From positions 62,345-126,344 of the forward strand of contig JACPJV010000006.1 in NCBI GenBank assembly GCA_016187395.1: 64,000 nucleotides of DNA, written 5' to 3'. Both the position numbers and the translations under genes were made by a program. The DNA comes from Candidatus Aenigmatarchaeota archaeon (GTDB lineage: Archaea > Aenigmatarchaeota > Aenigmatarchaeia > GW2011-AR5 > JACRAC01). The notes beneath the pieces were generated by a model that saw only the letters and a list, made by a program, of their open reading frames with translations, searched no databases and was not told the DNA's origin. Shown here piece after piece: positions 38,504 through 48,585 of this stretch (position 1 is the stretch's first letter; each line of letters opens with the position of its first letter).

Positions 38504-40165
38504 TTATCTGTGGGTGAAGACTGCTGTCACTTTTGATTTTGATATTCTTTCCAGCCTGCAGAATCCAAAGCGTTCGAACTGTATAACTTCATTTTTCTTT
38601 GCAAGCTTTGCTATGCCAGGCTCCCCAAAGCCGCTTAGCGTCCCTTCTGGCATTATCACGTTCACTTTTATATTATCCCCTGCAGGCACCCAGTGGATTC
38701 TCTGGATGCTCTTGTTCTCTGTTCCGGTGACCTTTGCTCTCTCTTCAAGAACAACATTGCAGAATCCCATTAACCTCACTTCGCTGCCCGAGAACCTTTC
38801 AAGATCGCCTTTTTCAACAAAAATTTTGCCCTCTGCCTTGATTTTCCTGAAGCCCATGTCTACCTCCGGATGCAGCCTTAGCTTTGCTTCCCTTACAGGC
38901 ACTTTGTCGAGAGTTATTTTTGCAGGATTTTCGATGAAAAAGAAACGCTTTGCCTCAGCATCTATAATCTTGCGGTTGTAGGCAGCAAGATTCTCAAAAG
39001 CAACAGCGCTGTCCGATGACGTTGCTCCGATGCTTACTATAAGCCGCCGCAGAGCGTCGGGCTGAAAGCCGCGTCTTCGCAGCGACTGCAATGTTGCCAA
39101 GCGCGGGTCATCCCACCCTGCAAAATTTTTCTGCAGTATGCCCTCTCTGATAAGGGACTTGCTCATGACCATGCCCTGCAATGAAAGACGACCCAGGATC
39201 TTTACGTGGGGGTAATGCCATCCAAAGGCCTTGTAGAGATAGCGCTGCTTCGCTTCGTTGGTCGCATGCTCCTGGCCGCGGATTATATGCGTTATGCCAA
39301 GCAGATGATCATCTATAGCAGAAGCGAAATTGAACAAAGGCCATATCTTTGCTTTTGAGAAAGGATGCGCCGGCTTGTCCACGATGCGAAAAGCAGGCCA
39401 ATCCCGCACAGCAGGGTTCTTGTCCTGCATGTCTGTTTTTACGCGTAAAACAGCCTTGCCCTCTTTGTAAGAGCCTTTTTTCATCTTGTTCCAACGTTCT
39501 GCATTGCTTTTCTTTGCCAAATCCCTGCACCCGCACGCCTCTCCTTCGTCCCTCTTTTTTTTCCAGCTTTCTCCGCTGCACGTGCATACATACGCCGCTC
39601 CAATCTTCACAGCCTCATCCGCGTATTTTTCATAAATCTTCAGCCGCTTCGATGCTATGAACTCTCTTTGAATTATTATTCCGAGCCACTTCAGGTCTTC
39701 CCTAATCCATTTGTAGAATCTCTTTTCAGGCACCTTTACCTTCGGGTCTGTGTCGTCGAAACGCAGGATTAATTTCCCGCCATAGCGCTTGGCATATTCG
39801 TCGCTTATGATTGCGGGGCGTGCGTTGCCCAGATGCAATGCTCCGTCCGGGTTAGGGGCAAAGCGCAGGATTACCTTTTTCCTTTCAGCGCTTGGCAGCG
39901 ATGGCAGCCCCTCCTTCTCTTTTTTTTCAGGCACAAGGGGCTCCTCAAGCTTTTCAAGAAGCTTTTTCTGTTCCTCCACGCTGAGGGCATTCACTTCATC
40001 AACAACCTCGTCCACGACGCCGCGCGCCTCCTGAACTTTTTTTCGCAGCTCTGGCTCTGCTGCAAGCATCTTGCCTAAAACGCTGTCAGCGCGCGCCTCG
40101 CCGCCGTGATGGACGGCGTTCTGGAGGGCGTATCTTTTGGCAAGGGTCTGCAGATCTTTTGGCAT
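38504..40165 (-). CDS. gltX: glutamyl-tRNA synthetase, archaeal type
   Basis: HLGNARPA (HIGH-class motif) and VMSKSL (KMSKS) motifs. 553 aa. Confidence 0.9.
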   Translation of the reverse strand: MPKDLQTLAKRYALQNAVHHGGEARADSVLGKMLAAEPELRKKVQEARGVVDEVVDEVNALSVEEQKKLLEKLEEPLVPEKKEKEGLPSLPSAERKKVILRFAPNPDGALHLGNARPAIISDEYAKRYGGKLILRFDDTDPKVKVPEKRFYKWIREDLKWLGIIIQREFIASKRLKIYEKYADEAVKIGAAYVCTCSGESWKKKRDEGEACGCRDLAKKSNAERWNKMKKGSYKEGKAVLRVKTDMQDKNPAVRDWPAFRIVDKPAHPFSKAKIWPLFNFASAIDDHLLGITHIIRGQEHATNEAKQRYLYKAFGWHYPHVKILGRLSLQGMVMSKSLIREGILQKNFAGWDDPRLATLQSLRRRGFQPDALRRLIVSIGATSSDSAVAFENLAAYNRKIIDAEAKRFFFIENPAKITLDKVPVREAKLRLHPEVDMGFRKIKAEGKIFVEKGDLERFSGSEVRLMGFCNVVLEERAKVTGTENKSIQRIHWVPAGDNIKVNVIMPEGTLSGFGEPGIAKLAKKNEVIQFERFGFCRLERISKSKVTAVFTHR

Positions 40166-40239
40166 AAGTTATCCTTGGGATTGGAAGATTAAAATGGCTA
40201 TTTATTTGTTTGGTTCGTATATGGATATAGGATGATAGC

Positions 40240-40392
40240 ATGAAAAGTAAAAACGGGTTCAAAGATGAAGAAGAATTCAAAAAGGCGACGGGTATGACGC
40301 CAGTAGAGTTTGCTAGATTTATCAGGGAAAAGTCTATCAAGGATGTAGAAGCTGAGATTAAGCGGTTAAAGCGAAGAAAGAAATTTTATTAG
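40240..40392 (+). CDS. hypothetical small basic protein (50 aa), convergent with and overlapping the PIN gene
   Basis: MKSKNGFKDEEEFKKATGMTPVEFARFIREKSIKDVEAEIKRLKRRKKFY. Below the ORF cutoff. Possible RHH/antitoxin-like but on the opposite strand. Confidence 0.25.
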   Translation: MKSKNGFKDEEEFKKATGMTPVEFARFIREKSIKDVEAEIKRLKRRKKFY

Positions 40393-40860
40393 CACTGCTT
40401 TTTCTTTGATGAATCCAGGGGTTCTTAATTTATGTTTCTCATTAATTTCTTTGTAGATCCTTACGATATATTCATTTGCCATGGTCTTTCTGTTGAATGT
40501 CCCGATAGCTGAAAGAGCAGCTGCCGATGAGCCAGCTACTATTCGGAAATCGTCAATCATTTTCTTTGCCCTCTTCTTTCCAAACTGCCTTCCAACTGCG
40601 TCGAAGTATTCTGTTGTCAATGACGATACAAATGGGGTCAGACCTATTTTTCCTCCTGCAGAAAGGTTATAGAGTTCCTTCAGCCTTTCAGCATCTTCCT
40701 TCTTGCCGATTCTCCTGAGATGAAATGCAGCACTGTCAATTTCTTTTTCAATTACCAAGGAAGACATCATGACAGCCTTCTTCGCAGCCTCTCTAATTTC
40801 ATCTTCAAGCTCTTTGTCTGCAATGGCATTTATGTAAACAGAAGTGTCTATTAGTATCAT
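40366..40860 (-). CDS. PIN-domain protein (VapC-like)
   Basis: N-terminal MILIDTSVYINAI with conserved Asp. 164 aa. Confidence 0.5.
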   Translation of the reverse strand: MILIDTSVYINAIADKELEDEIREAAKKAVMMSSLVIEKEIDSAAFHLRRIGKKEDAERLKELYNLSAGGKIGLTPFVSSLTTEYFDAVGRQFGKKRAKKMIDDFRIVAGSSAAALSAIGTFNRKTMANEYIVRIYKEINEKHKLRTPGFIKEKAVLIKFLSSL

Positions 40861-41020
40861 GGAATTATTCTTGGAATGAGGGGATTAAAATGACTATCGT
40901 GCAAACAGATGTGTCCTTCAATTGGTTGGACTGAGATGATACAAAATTGGAAAAGAATAGATGCCTTCTTCCTTTACTTCCGGACATGCAAATTTTAATC
41001 TTACGGTGCCAATTCATATC

Positions 41021-41827
41021 ATGCCTGTAAACGCAACAATCGAATATTTCAAGGCAGAAGAGAGGTACCTGAACGCCAGAACAATTGAGGAAAGGATATC
41101 AGCACTAGAAGAGATGATACGTCTTCTGCCGAAGCACAAAGGCACGTCCAATGTGCTAGCACAGCTAAATGCAAGGATGTCGAAGCTGAAAAAAGAGGCT
41201 GTTAAAAAGAGAAAAAAAGGCGGCCGTGCTGCAGGCGTGCAGAAGGAGGGAGAGGCGCAGGTGTGCCTTATCGGAAAAACAATGACAGGTAAATCTTTGA
41301 TTCTAAGAAAGATAACGAACGCAAAACCAGAATTAGCTACGCATCCGTACACAACTACAAAGCCTGAGGTCGGAATGATGAACTGGTTTGGAGTCCAGAT
41401 ACAGATAGTCGAGCTGCCTTCAACAATGGAGCACAGGTTTCTTTCCATCGCAAAAACAGCGGAATTAATTTTGATCGTTGCCAGCGATGAAGAGGGAGAA
41501 GAGGATATCAGGAAAATTTTGAAGGATAATTTCATTCGCACAAAGACTGTTACGGCAAATCCCGGCGAGGATGAGGATAAAATAAAAGAAAAATTGTGGT
41601 CCGCACTTGACATGATTCTCGTTTATACAAAGAAGACCAACACTCCGATGGCACTGCAGAAAGGAAGCACTGTACGCGATTTCTGCAGTCGCATACACAA
41701 GGATTTCCTGAGAAACTTCCGGTTTGCAATCGTTCTGCGGAATGTCGGGAGCAGAAAACGGAGAATAAAAGCCGGGCTTCATTACAAACTTCAAGAAGGT
41801 GATGCGGTGGAAGTTTATGCAAAATAG
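41021..41827 (+). CDS. DRG/Obg-family GTP-binding protein with C-terminal TGS domain
   Basis: G1 motif VCLIGKTMTGKS. C-terminal TVRDFCSRIHKDFLRNFRFAIV...GDAVEV resembles the DRG TGS domain. N-terminal helical segment. Confidence 0.6.
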   Translation: MPVNATIEYFKAEERYLNARTIEERISALEEMIRLLPKHKGTSNVLAQLNARMSKLKKEAVKKRKKGGRAAGVQKEGEAQVCLIGKTMTGKSLILRKITNAKPELATHPYTTTKPEVGMMNWFGVQIQIVELPSTMEHRFLSIAKTAELILIVASDEEGEEDIRKILKDNFIRTKTVTANPGEDEDKIKEKLWSALDMILVYTKKTNTPMALQKGSTVRDFCSRIHKDFLRNFRFAIVLRNVGSRKRRIKAGLHYKLQEGDAVEVYAK

Positions 41828-41848
41828 AAGACAGGGTGTAATATGTAA

Positions 41849-42454
41849 ATGATGGCGCAAAAATTTTACTACAAGGGTCTTGTTTTGAACATACCTGAAG
41901 GCGTATACGCTCCTTCAGAGGACTCGCTTCTTTTTGCAGAGACATTGGAAAATATGCAGCTAAAAGGCATTAAGGTGTTGGAAATTGGAACAGGCTCTGG
42001 ATTTCTTGCAATCTTGGCTGCGAGAAAAAATGCGAAGGTAGATGCATGCGATATCAACCCTATAGCTGTGAAAGCTGCAAGAAAGAATGCGGAAGCAAAC
42101 GGAGCTGTATTTCGTGCATTTGTTTCAGACCTTTTCAAGAACGTGAAAGGACGATATGAGATTATAATATTCAATCCGCCCTACCTTCCTGAAGATGAGG
42201 AAGATGAAATTGCCGGCAGAAGCATGCAATATTCTGGCGGCAGGCACGGAAATAAAATCATAAAGAAATTTCTGGATGGCGCGAAAAGGCACCTGAATAA
42301 GGATGGAAGAATATTGATCGTTATTTCATCCTTGACAAAGCACGTTGGAATGAAAAAATATGGATTTGAAACCAGGGTTATTGGAAAAAGGAAAATGTGG
42401 TTCGAGGAGCTGCTTTTGATGGAATTGACTATAAAAAGAAATATGCCGATTTAA
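41849..42454 (+). CDS. HemK-related N5-glutamine methyltransferase (Mtq2-like)
   Basis: VLEIGTGSGFLAI SAM motif and NPPY motif (IIFNPPYLP). Confidence 0.7.
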   Translation: MMAQKFYYKGLVLNIPEGVYAPSEDSLLFAETLENMQLKGIKVLEIGTGSGFLAILAARKNAKVDACDINPIAVKAARKNAEANGAVFRAFVSDLFKNVKGRYEIIIFNPPYLPEDEEDEIAGRSMQYSGGRHGNKIIKKFLDGAKRHLNKDGRILIVISSLTKHVGMKKYGFETRVIGKRKMWFEELLLMELTIKRNMPI

Positions 42455-42457
42455 TTC

Positions 42458-42757
42458 ATGGTTGATCTTCCGATAGATATAACAGGACTGTTCCCTGCCG
42501 GCGTTGGCATAGCACCGGTCGCACTTATCATAGGATTCATAGCGTTCATACTTGTTTTCAAGACAATACTCGGCTTTCTGAAGAATATACTTATCGTGGC
42601 TGTTGCATCTGCTGCATTTCCTTTTGTTCTTGTTTACATCGGGTACTCGATGCCAATAACCTTCTCTTCAATAACAGGATTTGTGATCCTCGGCATTTTG
42701 TTGTACGCAGCGCTTTCGGTTTTTAAATTTGCAGCGCGCATTGCAGGTAAAAAATAG
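42458..42757 (+). CDS. small polytopic membrane protein (99 aa)
   Basis: Three predicted TM helices. ORF only. Confidence 0.4.
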   Translation: MVDLPIDITGLFPAGVGIAPVALIIGFIAFILVFKTILGFLKNILIVAVASAAFPFVLVYIGYSMPITFSSITGFVILGILLYAALSVFKFAARIAGKK

Positions 42758-42769
42758 TTTTAAATAGCG

Positions 42770-43957
42770 ATGATTTTTATTATTGAAAGATGGTTTTTTA
42801 TGTTCGTAGCATTGCAGCAGGATGTTTTTGGAGCTATAATCTGGATGGTAGTGCTCTTCGGATTCTTCATAATGTACCCGCGACTGATGCTCTCGCAGGC
42901 GATATGGCAACTGGAGCAGTCTGCCCGAAAATTAGAGGCTATGTCCGACAGGGCGAACGTACTGGCCACGAAGAAAAGCGGAAACAGAAATGCAAAGAAG
43001 GACATAGACAGATTCACTGAGTTTTTCGTGATAGAGCCGAGCTCCCTGGATCCTTTTGGCATCGTGAGAAAGATAGACCAGCTCATAAGGCAGACAGAAA
43101 ACAGGTTCCATGAATTTACTGACTCTATAGCAAAAGGGAAAAGCTGGCAGGAAAAGCGCGAGCTTGATTATGCCCTGCGCGCTGCGATAGGCCTGAAGCA
43201 GCTTGCAAAGATCGTGAGGCATTTCGTGGAGATGAGCAAGAAGTTCAAGAACTGGCAGCTTGCACTGCTGATACGCATGCAGATGCCTCTGATTGAAAAG
43301 ATTGCAGAAGGCGAATTCAAGGGTGCACAGGCTTTCATGAATGGCTGGCCTGTAGGCGATTCCATAGGGCCTCTTATCGCTGTTTCGTTCCTTAAAAAAT
43401 CAAAGCCGATTGCAGAGGATGTCGTTGCCGGAGAAGAGACTATAGAAGGGAGAAGATGCGTGATCTTGAAGGCATCGGGTCCTGTACCATCCCTTGGAAG
43501 GATAGATGAAGCTATTGAGCGGATTTTCAAAAAGCACAAGATCGCGCATGTTGTGACCATAGACGCAGCGCAGAAGCTCGAAGGCGAAAAAAGCGGCTCT
43601 GTTGCAGAAGGCGTTGGCTTTGCAATGGGAGGCATAGGACAGAGGGAGATAATAGAAAACACACTTCTGCCGAAGAAGATGCCCATAGATTCTATCGCCA
43701 TAAAGGTTGGGATGGAAGAAGCCATAATGCCGATGCTGATGGGCATTTATAATGCGGTTCAAGAGGGACAGGAGGCCGTGAAGCGCTCTGTTCGCCGTGT
43801 GCCTAAAGGAAAGAAGATTCTTGTCATAGGCGTTGGCAACTCTTGCGGCATACCGAACGACAATAAAAACCTCGATAGCGTGAAAAAGATAGTGCAGAAA
43901 TTAAATGCAAAGATGATCAAAGAGGAAAAAGAATCCAAGAAAGGAGGCTGGTTCTAG
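42770..43957 (+). CDS. membrane-associated protein, possibly DUF1512 family
   Basis: N-terminal TM helices then ~330-aa soluble region. Family assignment from memory of archaeal DUF1512 architecture; weak. Confidence 0.35.
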   Translation: MIFIIERWFFMFVALQQDVFGAIIWMVVLFGFFIMYPRLMLSQAIWQLEQSARKLEAMSDRANVLATKKSGNRNAKKDIDRFTEFFVIEPSSLDPFGIVRKIDQLIRQTENRFHEFTDSIAKGKSWQEKRELDYALRAAIGLKQLAKIVRHFVEMSKKFKNWQLALLIRMQMPLIEKIAEGEFKGAQAFMNGWPVGDSIGPLIAVSFLKKSKPIAEDVVAGEETIEGRRCVILKASGPVPSLGRIDEAIERIFKKHKIAHVVTIDAAQKLEGEKSGSVAEGVGFAMGGIGQREIIENTLLPKKMPIDSIAIKVGMEEAIMPMLMGIYNAVQEGQEAVKRSVRRVPKGKKILVIGVGNSCGIPNDNKNLDSVKKIVQKLNAKMIKEEKESKKGGWF

Positions 43958-43974
43958 ATTTAATTTATTCAGTT

Positions 43975-44170
43975 CTATAGAAATCCTTGCCGAAATTATT
44001 AGGAAGCCACCTTCGAAATCTTAGCGTGGCTTGGAAGGCGAATGGACGTTAGTGAATGGACGGTGGATGAATGGACATTCCTGCAGGAATGTCAGTTTGT
44101 GTTCGCTGCAGAAAGTGTCGTTTGCCTCCGCTGCAGGAACGTCAGTTTGTAGCTCGAAGCTGCCGGGCTA
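43975..44170. repeat. intergenic direct repeats (gaatggac x3; ctgcaggaaYgtcagtttgt x2)
   Basis: cgaatggacgttagtgaatggacggtggatgaatggac and two copies of ctgcaggaa[t/c]gtcagtttgt within 120 nt. Confidence 0.6.
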
Positions 44171-44200
44171 ATGAAGCAACATTCCCCTAACCGGGCATTT

Positions 44201-44822
44201 CTACAAAGCCAAAATAACATCATGGATTTTCAAGATGTCATAGGCCAGCATGGACAAGTCTGCGAAGAAGGCGTGGTATTCCATTTCTCCCTGCATACCC
44301 GCTTCTGGCAGCTGCCTCTGCCTGTCCAGCAACCTCTCCAGCTCCTTCAGGAACGTATGTTCCGGAATGTATGCTTCCTTCATCTGCACGGCCGTTGCCA
44401 TCGGCTTTTGGCCTAAAAACATAGTTAGGGTCTCCATCATCAAAGGTTACATACGGTTCGCCAAGCCGTATCGGCTTGTCTCCTTGTCCACGGCGAACTA
44501 CAAGAAGCTGTTGAACCTCGTATATACGAACCATTCCGTCTCCTAAAGGAAACTCCCCAATGTCTCTGGAACTCTGTTCAAATCTTTCTATTTCATGGCC
44601 TTCATATCCGTCTTCTACGTCCCCGAAGCATGTGATGTAATAATCGCCATCAGGCGCTTCTATATGTATAACCTCTTCAAGAAAACGTCCATACTTCAGC
44701 TCGTCAAGTATCCCAACCAGTCTTCCCCCGGAAATTCTCAGAGGAACTACCCTGGGTAAGCCTCCAAATACCGCATCAGGAATTCCGCGAACCCTGTGTA
44801 TGCTAGGTTTAACTAGTCTCAT
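44201..44822 (-). pseudogene. hypothetical protein gene split by a +/-1 frameshift at a T5 run (~44415)
   Basis: The 194-aa frame turns into Gly/Ala/Arg low-complexity after ...DPNYVFRPK. The overlapping 80-aa frame continues as a plausible C-terminus (...KEAYIPEHTFLKELERLL...). The switch is at gttttt (44415-44419). Confidence 0.4.
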
Positions 44823-44987
44823 TTTAATTACCTGCTTCTTGTAACTCGCGGCACGTTAAGTACTTTTTGTTAATCCAGCAACTATTTTGCAGATTTTCGT
44901 TTGTAGGTTACTGAGTAGGTTATAGTGATGCAAGGAGAACAAACCTAGATAGTAAAATTATATACCGCCCCAAACCTTCTATTTACC

Positions 44988-45686
44988 ATGGCTGAAGTTT
45001 TTGTGCCATTGGCAATATCGCTTTTATTAGGAATAATAAGCCTTTTCAGCGACAGGCTTGTGAATAGATTCGAGAAATATCATGAAGAGCTGATGAGCCT
45101 CTCTGCAGGCATATTGATTACAATAATACTCATGGCTTTCATCGGCGTCATAGCCGGCGGAGCAGACATCTTTGGCAGCATCGTCTATCTCTATCTTGCC
45201 ATGGGGTTTGTGATATTCCACACAGCAGAAAAATACGTTTACAAGCACGTGCCAAGCAGCATGATGAAGCACATAAGGAAAGAATTGAATCAAATGCACC
45301 TGTTCGGCTTTGCCGTGGATCACATCATCATGGGGATGTTCCTTGTAATGTTGTGGTTCCTGCATTCCTTAACAGTTCTGTATATTCTGGTCGTGCCGTT
45401 TATAATCCACGTGGTCGCATCTGCCCACCCAATAAGGCATCTGGGAATGAAGCTGCATGAGTTATGGACTAACATTACGCTTGCGCTGTCAATACCGTTT
45501 GGATCGCTTGTTGCGCTGTTCCTTTTGGGGCATCAGGAGGCGTTGTACAGTGTTTTTGCTCTGATAACAGGCACGCTTCTTTACATAGTTGTGAGGGACG
45601 TAACGCCTAAATACAGAAAAGGGAACATCTACTGGTTCTTGATTGGTTTTCTCATAACTGCAGCAGTTCAGGTTATTCTGGTTTAA
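44988..45686 (+). CDS. ZIP-family (ZupT-like) metal-ion transporter candidate
   Basis: 8 predicted TM helices with conserved His/Glu in helices (HTAEKY, GFAVDHIIMG, HVVASAHP). Confidence 0.45.
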   Translation: MAEVFVPLAISLLLGIISLFSDRLVNRFEKYHEELMSLSAGILITIILMAFIGVIAGGADIFGSIVYLYLAMGFVIFHTAEKYVYKHVPSSMMKHIRKELNQMHLFGFAVDHIIMGMFLVMLWFLHSLTVLYILVVPFIIHVVASAHPIRHLGMKLHELWTNITLALSIPFGSLVALFLLGHQEALYSVFALITGTLLYIVVRDVTPKYRKGNIYWFLIGFLITAAVQVILV

Positions 45687-46059
45687 GGCTGGTAAGCAGA
45701 ACTACATAGGTTTTCATCAGAATAAATTCAAAAAGTTTATAGAAAAGAATACTTCGTCTGGCTCCAGAGAGTGCATATCTAGCCCTTGCTCGACAGCTTG
45801 TGCTTTTTCACAAAGGTCCAGATCCTCTTTGTCATTTCGCTAGGCGCGATAGGATGGCTGCCGAAAATTTCCTCAGCTGTCTCGGTTCGTCCCTTGAAGC
45901 TTATCTGATATCCACCAAATGCTTTCTTTGCCATGCGAAAACTTGCAAAGAAGCGTATAAAAAGGCTTCAGGGGATCGTGAATTATGAGCTTTCAGTAGG
46001 CACAAGATACAGAATCCAAGTCCCATTAGGTATTTAAATTCTAGGCTTCTAAAACTGAA

Positions 46060-46191
46060 TATGGGAATGATTACCATATCAAAAGAGGAGTATGAACATC
46101 TAAAGAAAATCGAAGAATTAGACAGAGAGCTCTTGGAGGACATAGCCCACGGAATAAAGGACATTCTTTCTGGTAAAGTAAAAGAAGTTTA
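46060..46191 (+). CDS. small helical protein (43 aa), antitoxin-like
   Basis: MGMITISKEEYEHLKKIEELDRELLEDIAHGIKDILSGKVKEV. Convergent with the RelE-like gene. Below the cutoff. Confidence 0.25.
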
Positions 46192-46521
46192 AAGTTCCCT
46201 TAGAATTTTATCTATTTCCTCTTTGTAAACTTTTAGATTCGAAACAATAAAATCTATGTCCCGCTGCTGTGCTTTCTTGTCCGTTATGGTGACTAGGAAT
46301 ACAACAAAATGCTCCTCGTAAACCAAGAACAAAAGCCTGCGTCCATCAAATTTCTTCTCCCTGAAAAATCTATAGCCCAAGGGCTTCCCGCTGAAAGGCT
46401 CACTCTTGAGGTGCTGCTCAAATTTCTCGATTCTCGCAATTTCTGATTTGTCAAGTTTCCGGAGTTTCCTGTCGTACCATTCAGAGCGAAAAACACGACA
46501 ATCCATAATACTTTCATTCAT
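46189..46521 (-). CDS. RelE/ParE-superfamily toxin-like protein
   Basis: 110 aa. ...GYRFFREKKFDGRRLLFLVYEEHFVVFLVTITDKKAQQ resembles the RelE/ParE fold C-terminal pattern. Confidence 0.4.
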   Translation of the reverse strand: MNESIMDCRVFRSEWYDRKLRKLDKSEIARIEKFEQHLKSEPFSGKPLGYRFFREKKFDGRRLLFLVYEEHFVVFLVTITDKKAQQRDIDFIVSNLKVYKEEIDKILREL

Positions 46522-46558
46522 AAGCGTCTTTTAATTCATCTTTTCCTGCCTGACTCCA

Positions 46559-46777
46559 TCAACCCCTGGCAGTCAGGAAGTCCTTGATTATAAGTATTAC
46601 AGCCACCAGCAGAAGCAGCCATCCCAGCATCGTGGTTACGTCATTCCTTATGCCGAATATCAGCGACAGCGAAACAATGACTACAGCAGCGTTGAACGCG
46701 AACCATTGTATCATACCATTTTCCAGAGCAATCCAGCGGATTAAAAGCTCCCCTTCAACCTTATCCATGCTTTTCAA
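46559..46777 (-). CDS. small two-helix membrane protein (72 aa)
   Basis: Hydrophobic segments. Overlaps start of the glycosylase gene by ~10 nt. Confidence 0.3.
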   Translation of the reverse strand: MKSMDKVEGELLIRWIALENGMIQWFAFNAAVVIVSLSLIFGIRNDVTTMLGWLLLLVAVILIIKDFLTARG

Positions 46778-47519
46778 TATTTACCGCTCCTTGCTTTCAC
46801 ATTTCGGCCCCCAGAACTGGTGGCCAGCGGAAGGAGGCTTTCAGCCAAGGGAATGGGAAATCTGCATAGGCGCTATTCTCACCCAGAACACGAACTGGAA
46901 GAACGTTGAGAAGGCATTGGCAAACCTGAAAGAGGCAAAGGCATTGTCTCCAGAAGGCATAGCACAAATGAATGTTGCGAAAATTGCGAAGCTCATACGG
47001 CCAAGTGGATATTTCCGGCAGAAAGCCAAGCGTCTTAAAGAATTTGCAAAATTTGTGCTTTCTTTCCCCGGCTTTAATGAATTTTTAGATAGTATAACTC
47101 GTGAGCAACTTCTACAAGCCAATGGCATAGGCAGGGAAACAGCAGACAGCATTTTACTTTATGCTTGCAACCGCCCTGTATTTGTCATAGATGCGTACAC
47201 AAGAAGAATTTTATCCAGAATAGGAATGATAGACGAAAGCCTGGATTACGACGACATCCGCCTTTATCTTGAATATCAGCTAGGCTCTGCTGACGATGCG
47301 AGAAGGTTTTCAGCGCTTAAGGAAAAGGAAATTGTGCAATTATACAACGAATTCCACGCCCTGCTTGTCGCGCTTGGAAAAAACATCTGCACAAAGAGCG
47401 AGCCTGCTTGCGGCGAATGCCCTATCAGCGATCACTGCAGGCATGGCGCAAAGGCTTTGGGCAAGCCCGCTCCTTCCTTTGACAGCCGCGGCTCGCTGGC
47501 GGTTCTGGGAGGGCATTGA
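46767..47519 (+). CDS. nth: HhH-GPD DNA glycosylase (endonuclease III-like) with C-terminal 4Fe-4S cluster
   Basis: Helix-hairpin-helix LQANGIGRETADSILLYA with catalytic Asp (VIDAYTRRIL), and C-x6-C-x2-C-x5-C (CTKSEPACGECPISDHC). Confidence 0.7.
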   Translation: MLFNIYRSLLSHFGPQNWWPAEGGFQPREWEICIGAILTQNTNWKNVEKALANLKEAKALSPEGIAQMNVAKIAKLIRPSGYFRQKAKRLKEFAKFVLSFPGFNEFLDSITREQLLQANGIGRETADSILLYACNRPVFVIDAYTRRILSRIGMIDESLDYDDIRLYLEYQLGSADDARRFSALKEKEIVQLYNEFHALLVALGKNICTKSEPACGECPISDHCRHGAKALGKPAPSFDSRGSLAVLGGH

Positions 47520-47733
47520 AGAAGCAGAAATCAACAAATCAAAGAAAAATGAGGAAAGCAAAGGATGCAACGTTCAATTCTCCGCTCTATGGTATTACCA
47601 TATCATACCAACATTTTCCATACTAATCTCGTCTATACTGAACTGCTTTTGTATATTATCCAATTAGGAAATAATATGATGCCTATTTAAGGATGCGTGT
47701 AATGTTATTTCCCATCTTATGGGGTAATTAGAT

Positions 47734-48189
47734 ATGACAGAAAAGAAAAAGTTGAAGGAAAGAATAGCAGAGGAAATGTTGGAAGACTACGGCGGCGCCT
47801 TGGAGCGGAACTTTGAACTGGCACAGAAAGTCATGCGGCTCACCCGCGACGGGAGGGTCCATATAACCATTGACAAATCGAAGCTTACGGGCAAGGAGCT
47901 AATCCAGCTCTACCTCATCGGAAAACTGTACGCCAAGGAAGGCGGCATAGTGGAAAGCGCCGCCGTTTCCAACAAGGAGCTGATGGAGGAGCTTGGGATT
48001 GTGCAGGGCTCTGTATTACCATGGACAAAGGAGCTTCGCGATGCTGGCAGGATAAAACCTACAGCAAGCGGCGTCCACGAAATACATCTCCATGTGGTCG
48101 AGGGCTTCCTGAAGAGCATCCTTTCAAAACTGAAGAGCATCCTTTCAAAACTTGGGGGTAGTGATCATGTCACAGACAGTCGAGGATAG
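47734..48189 (+). CDS. hypothetical protein (151 aa) with internal exact 21-nt tandem duplication
   Basis: LKSILSKLKSILSKL encoded by ctgaagagcatcctttcaaaa x2 (48108-48149). wHTH-like middle region. Confidence 0.4.
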   Translation: MTEKKKLKERIAEEMLEDYGGALERNFELAQKVMRLTRDGRVHITIDKSKLTGKELIQLYLIGKLYAKEGGIVESAAVSNKELMEELGIVQGSVLPWTKELRDAGRIKPTASGVHEIHLHVVEGFLKSILSKLKSILSKLGGSDHVTDSRG

Positions 48190-48571
48190 ACTCAATCATT
48201 TAGAAGAGCGTGTACAGAAGCTTGAGGCTATGCTTCAGCAAAAGCCCCCTGTTGGGGCTGCAGTCGAGAGGAAACTTTCTCTGACTGAGTTTCTGAGATC
48301 CAAGAATCCCAAGAACCATGTGGAGACGATAGTTTGCATGAGTTATTATCTGGAAAAGTTTCGAAACAAGGCTGCATTCACACGCAAGGATATTGACGCA
48401 TGCTACTCCGAAGCCCGTCAGACGAAGCCAAAGAATATATCGGACCTGATAGGCAAAGCAGCGCAGCGGGGGCTTGTAATGATGGCCGATGATGCGCCAT
48501 CCGGAGTTGCAAAAGCGTGGGTTCTGACTACCAGCGGCCTTGATTTCGTCGAAGGTCTGAAGGCAACATAA
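48167..48571 (+). CDS. hypothetical coiled-coil/wHTH-like protein (~134 aa)
   Basis: N-terminal heptad region (RLNHLEERVQKLEAMLQQ). Start at MSQTV. Confidence 0.4.
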   Translation: MSQTVEDRLNHLEERVQKLEAMLQQKPPVGAAVERKLSLTEFLRSKNPKNHVETIVCMSYYLEKFRNKAAFTRKDIDACYSEARQTKPKNISDLIGKAAQRGLVMMADDAPSGVAKAWVLTTSGLDFVEGLKAT

Positions 48572-48585
48572 CAAAAGGTGTTGAT

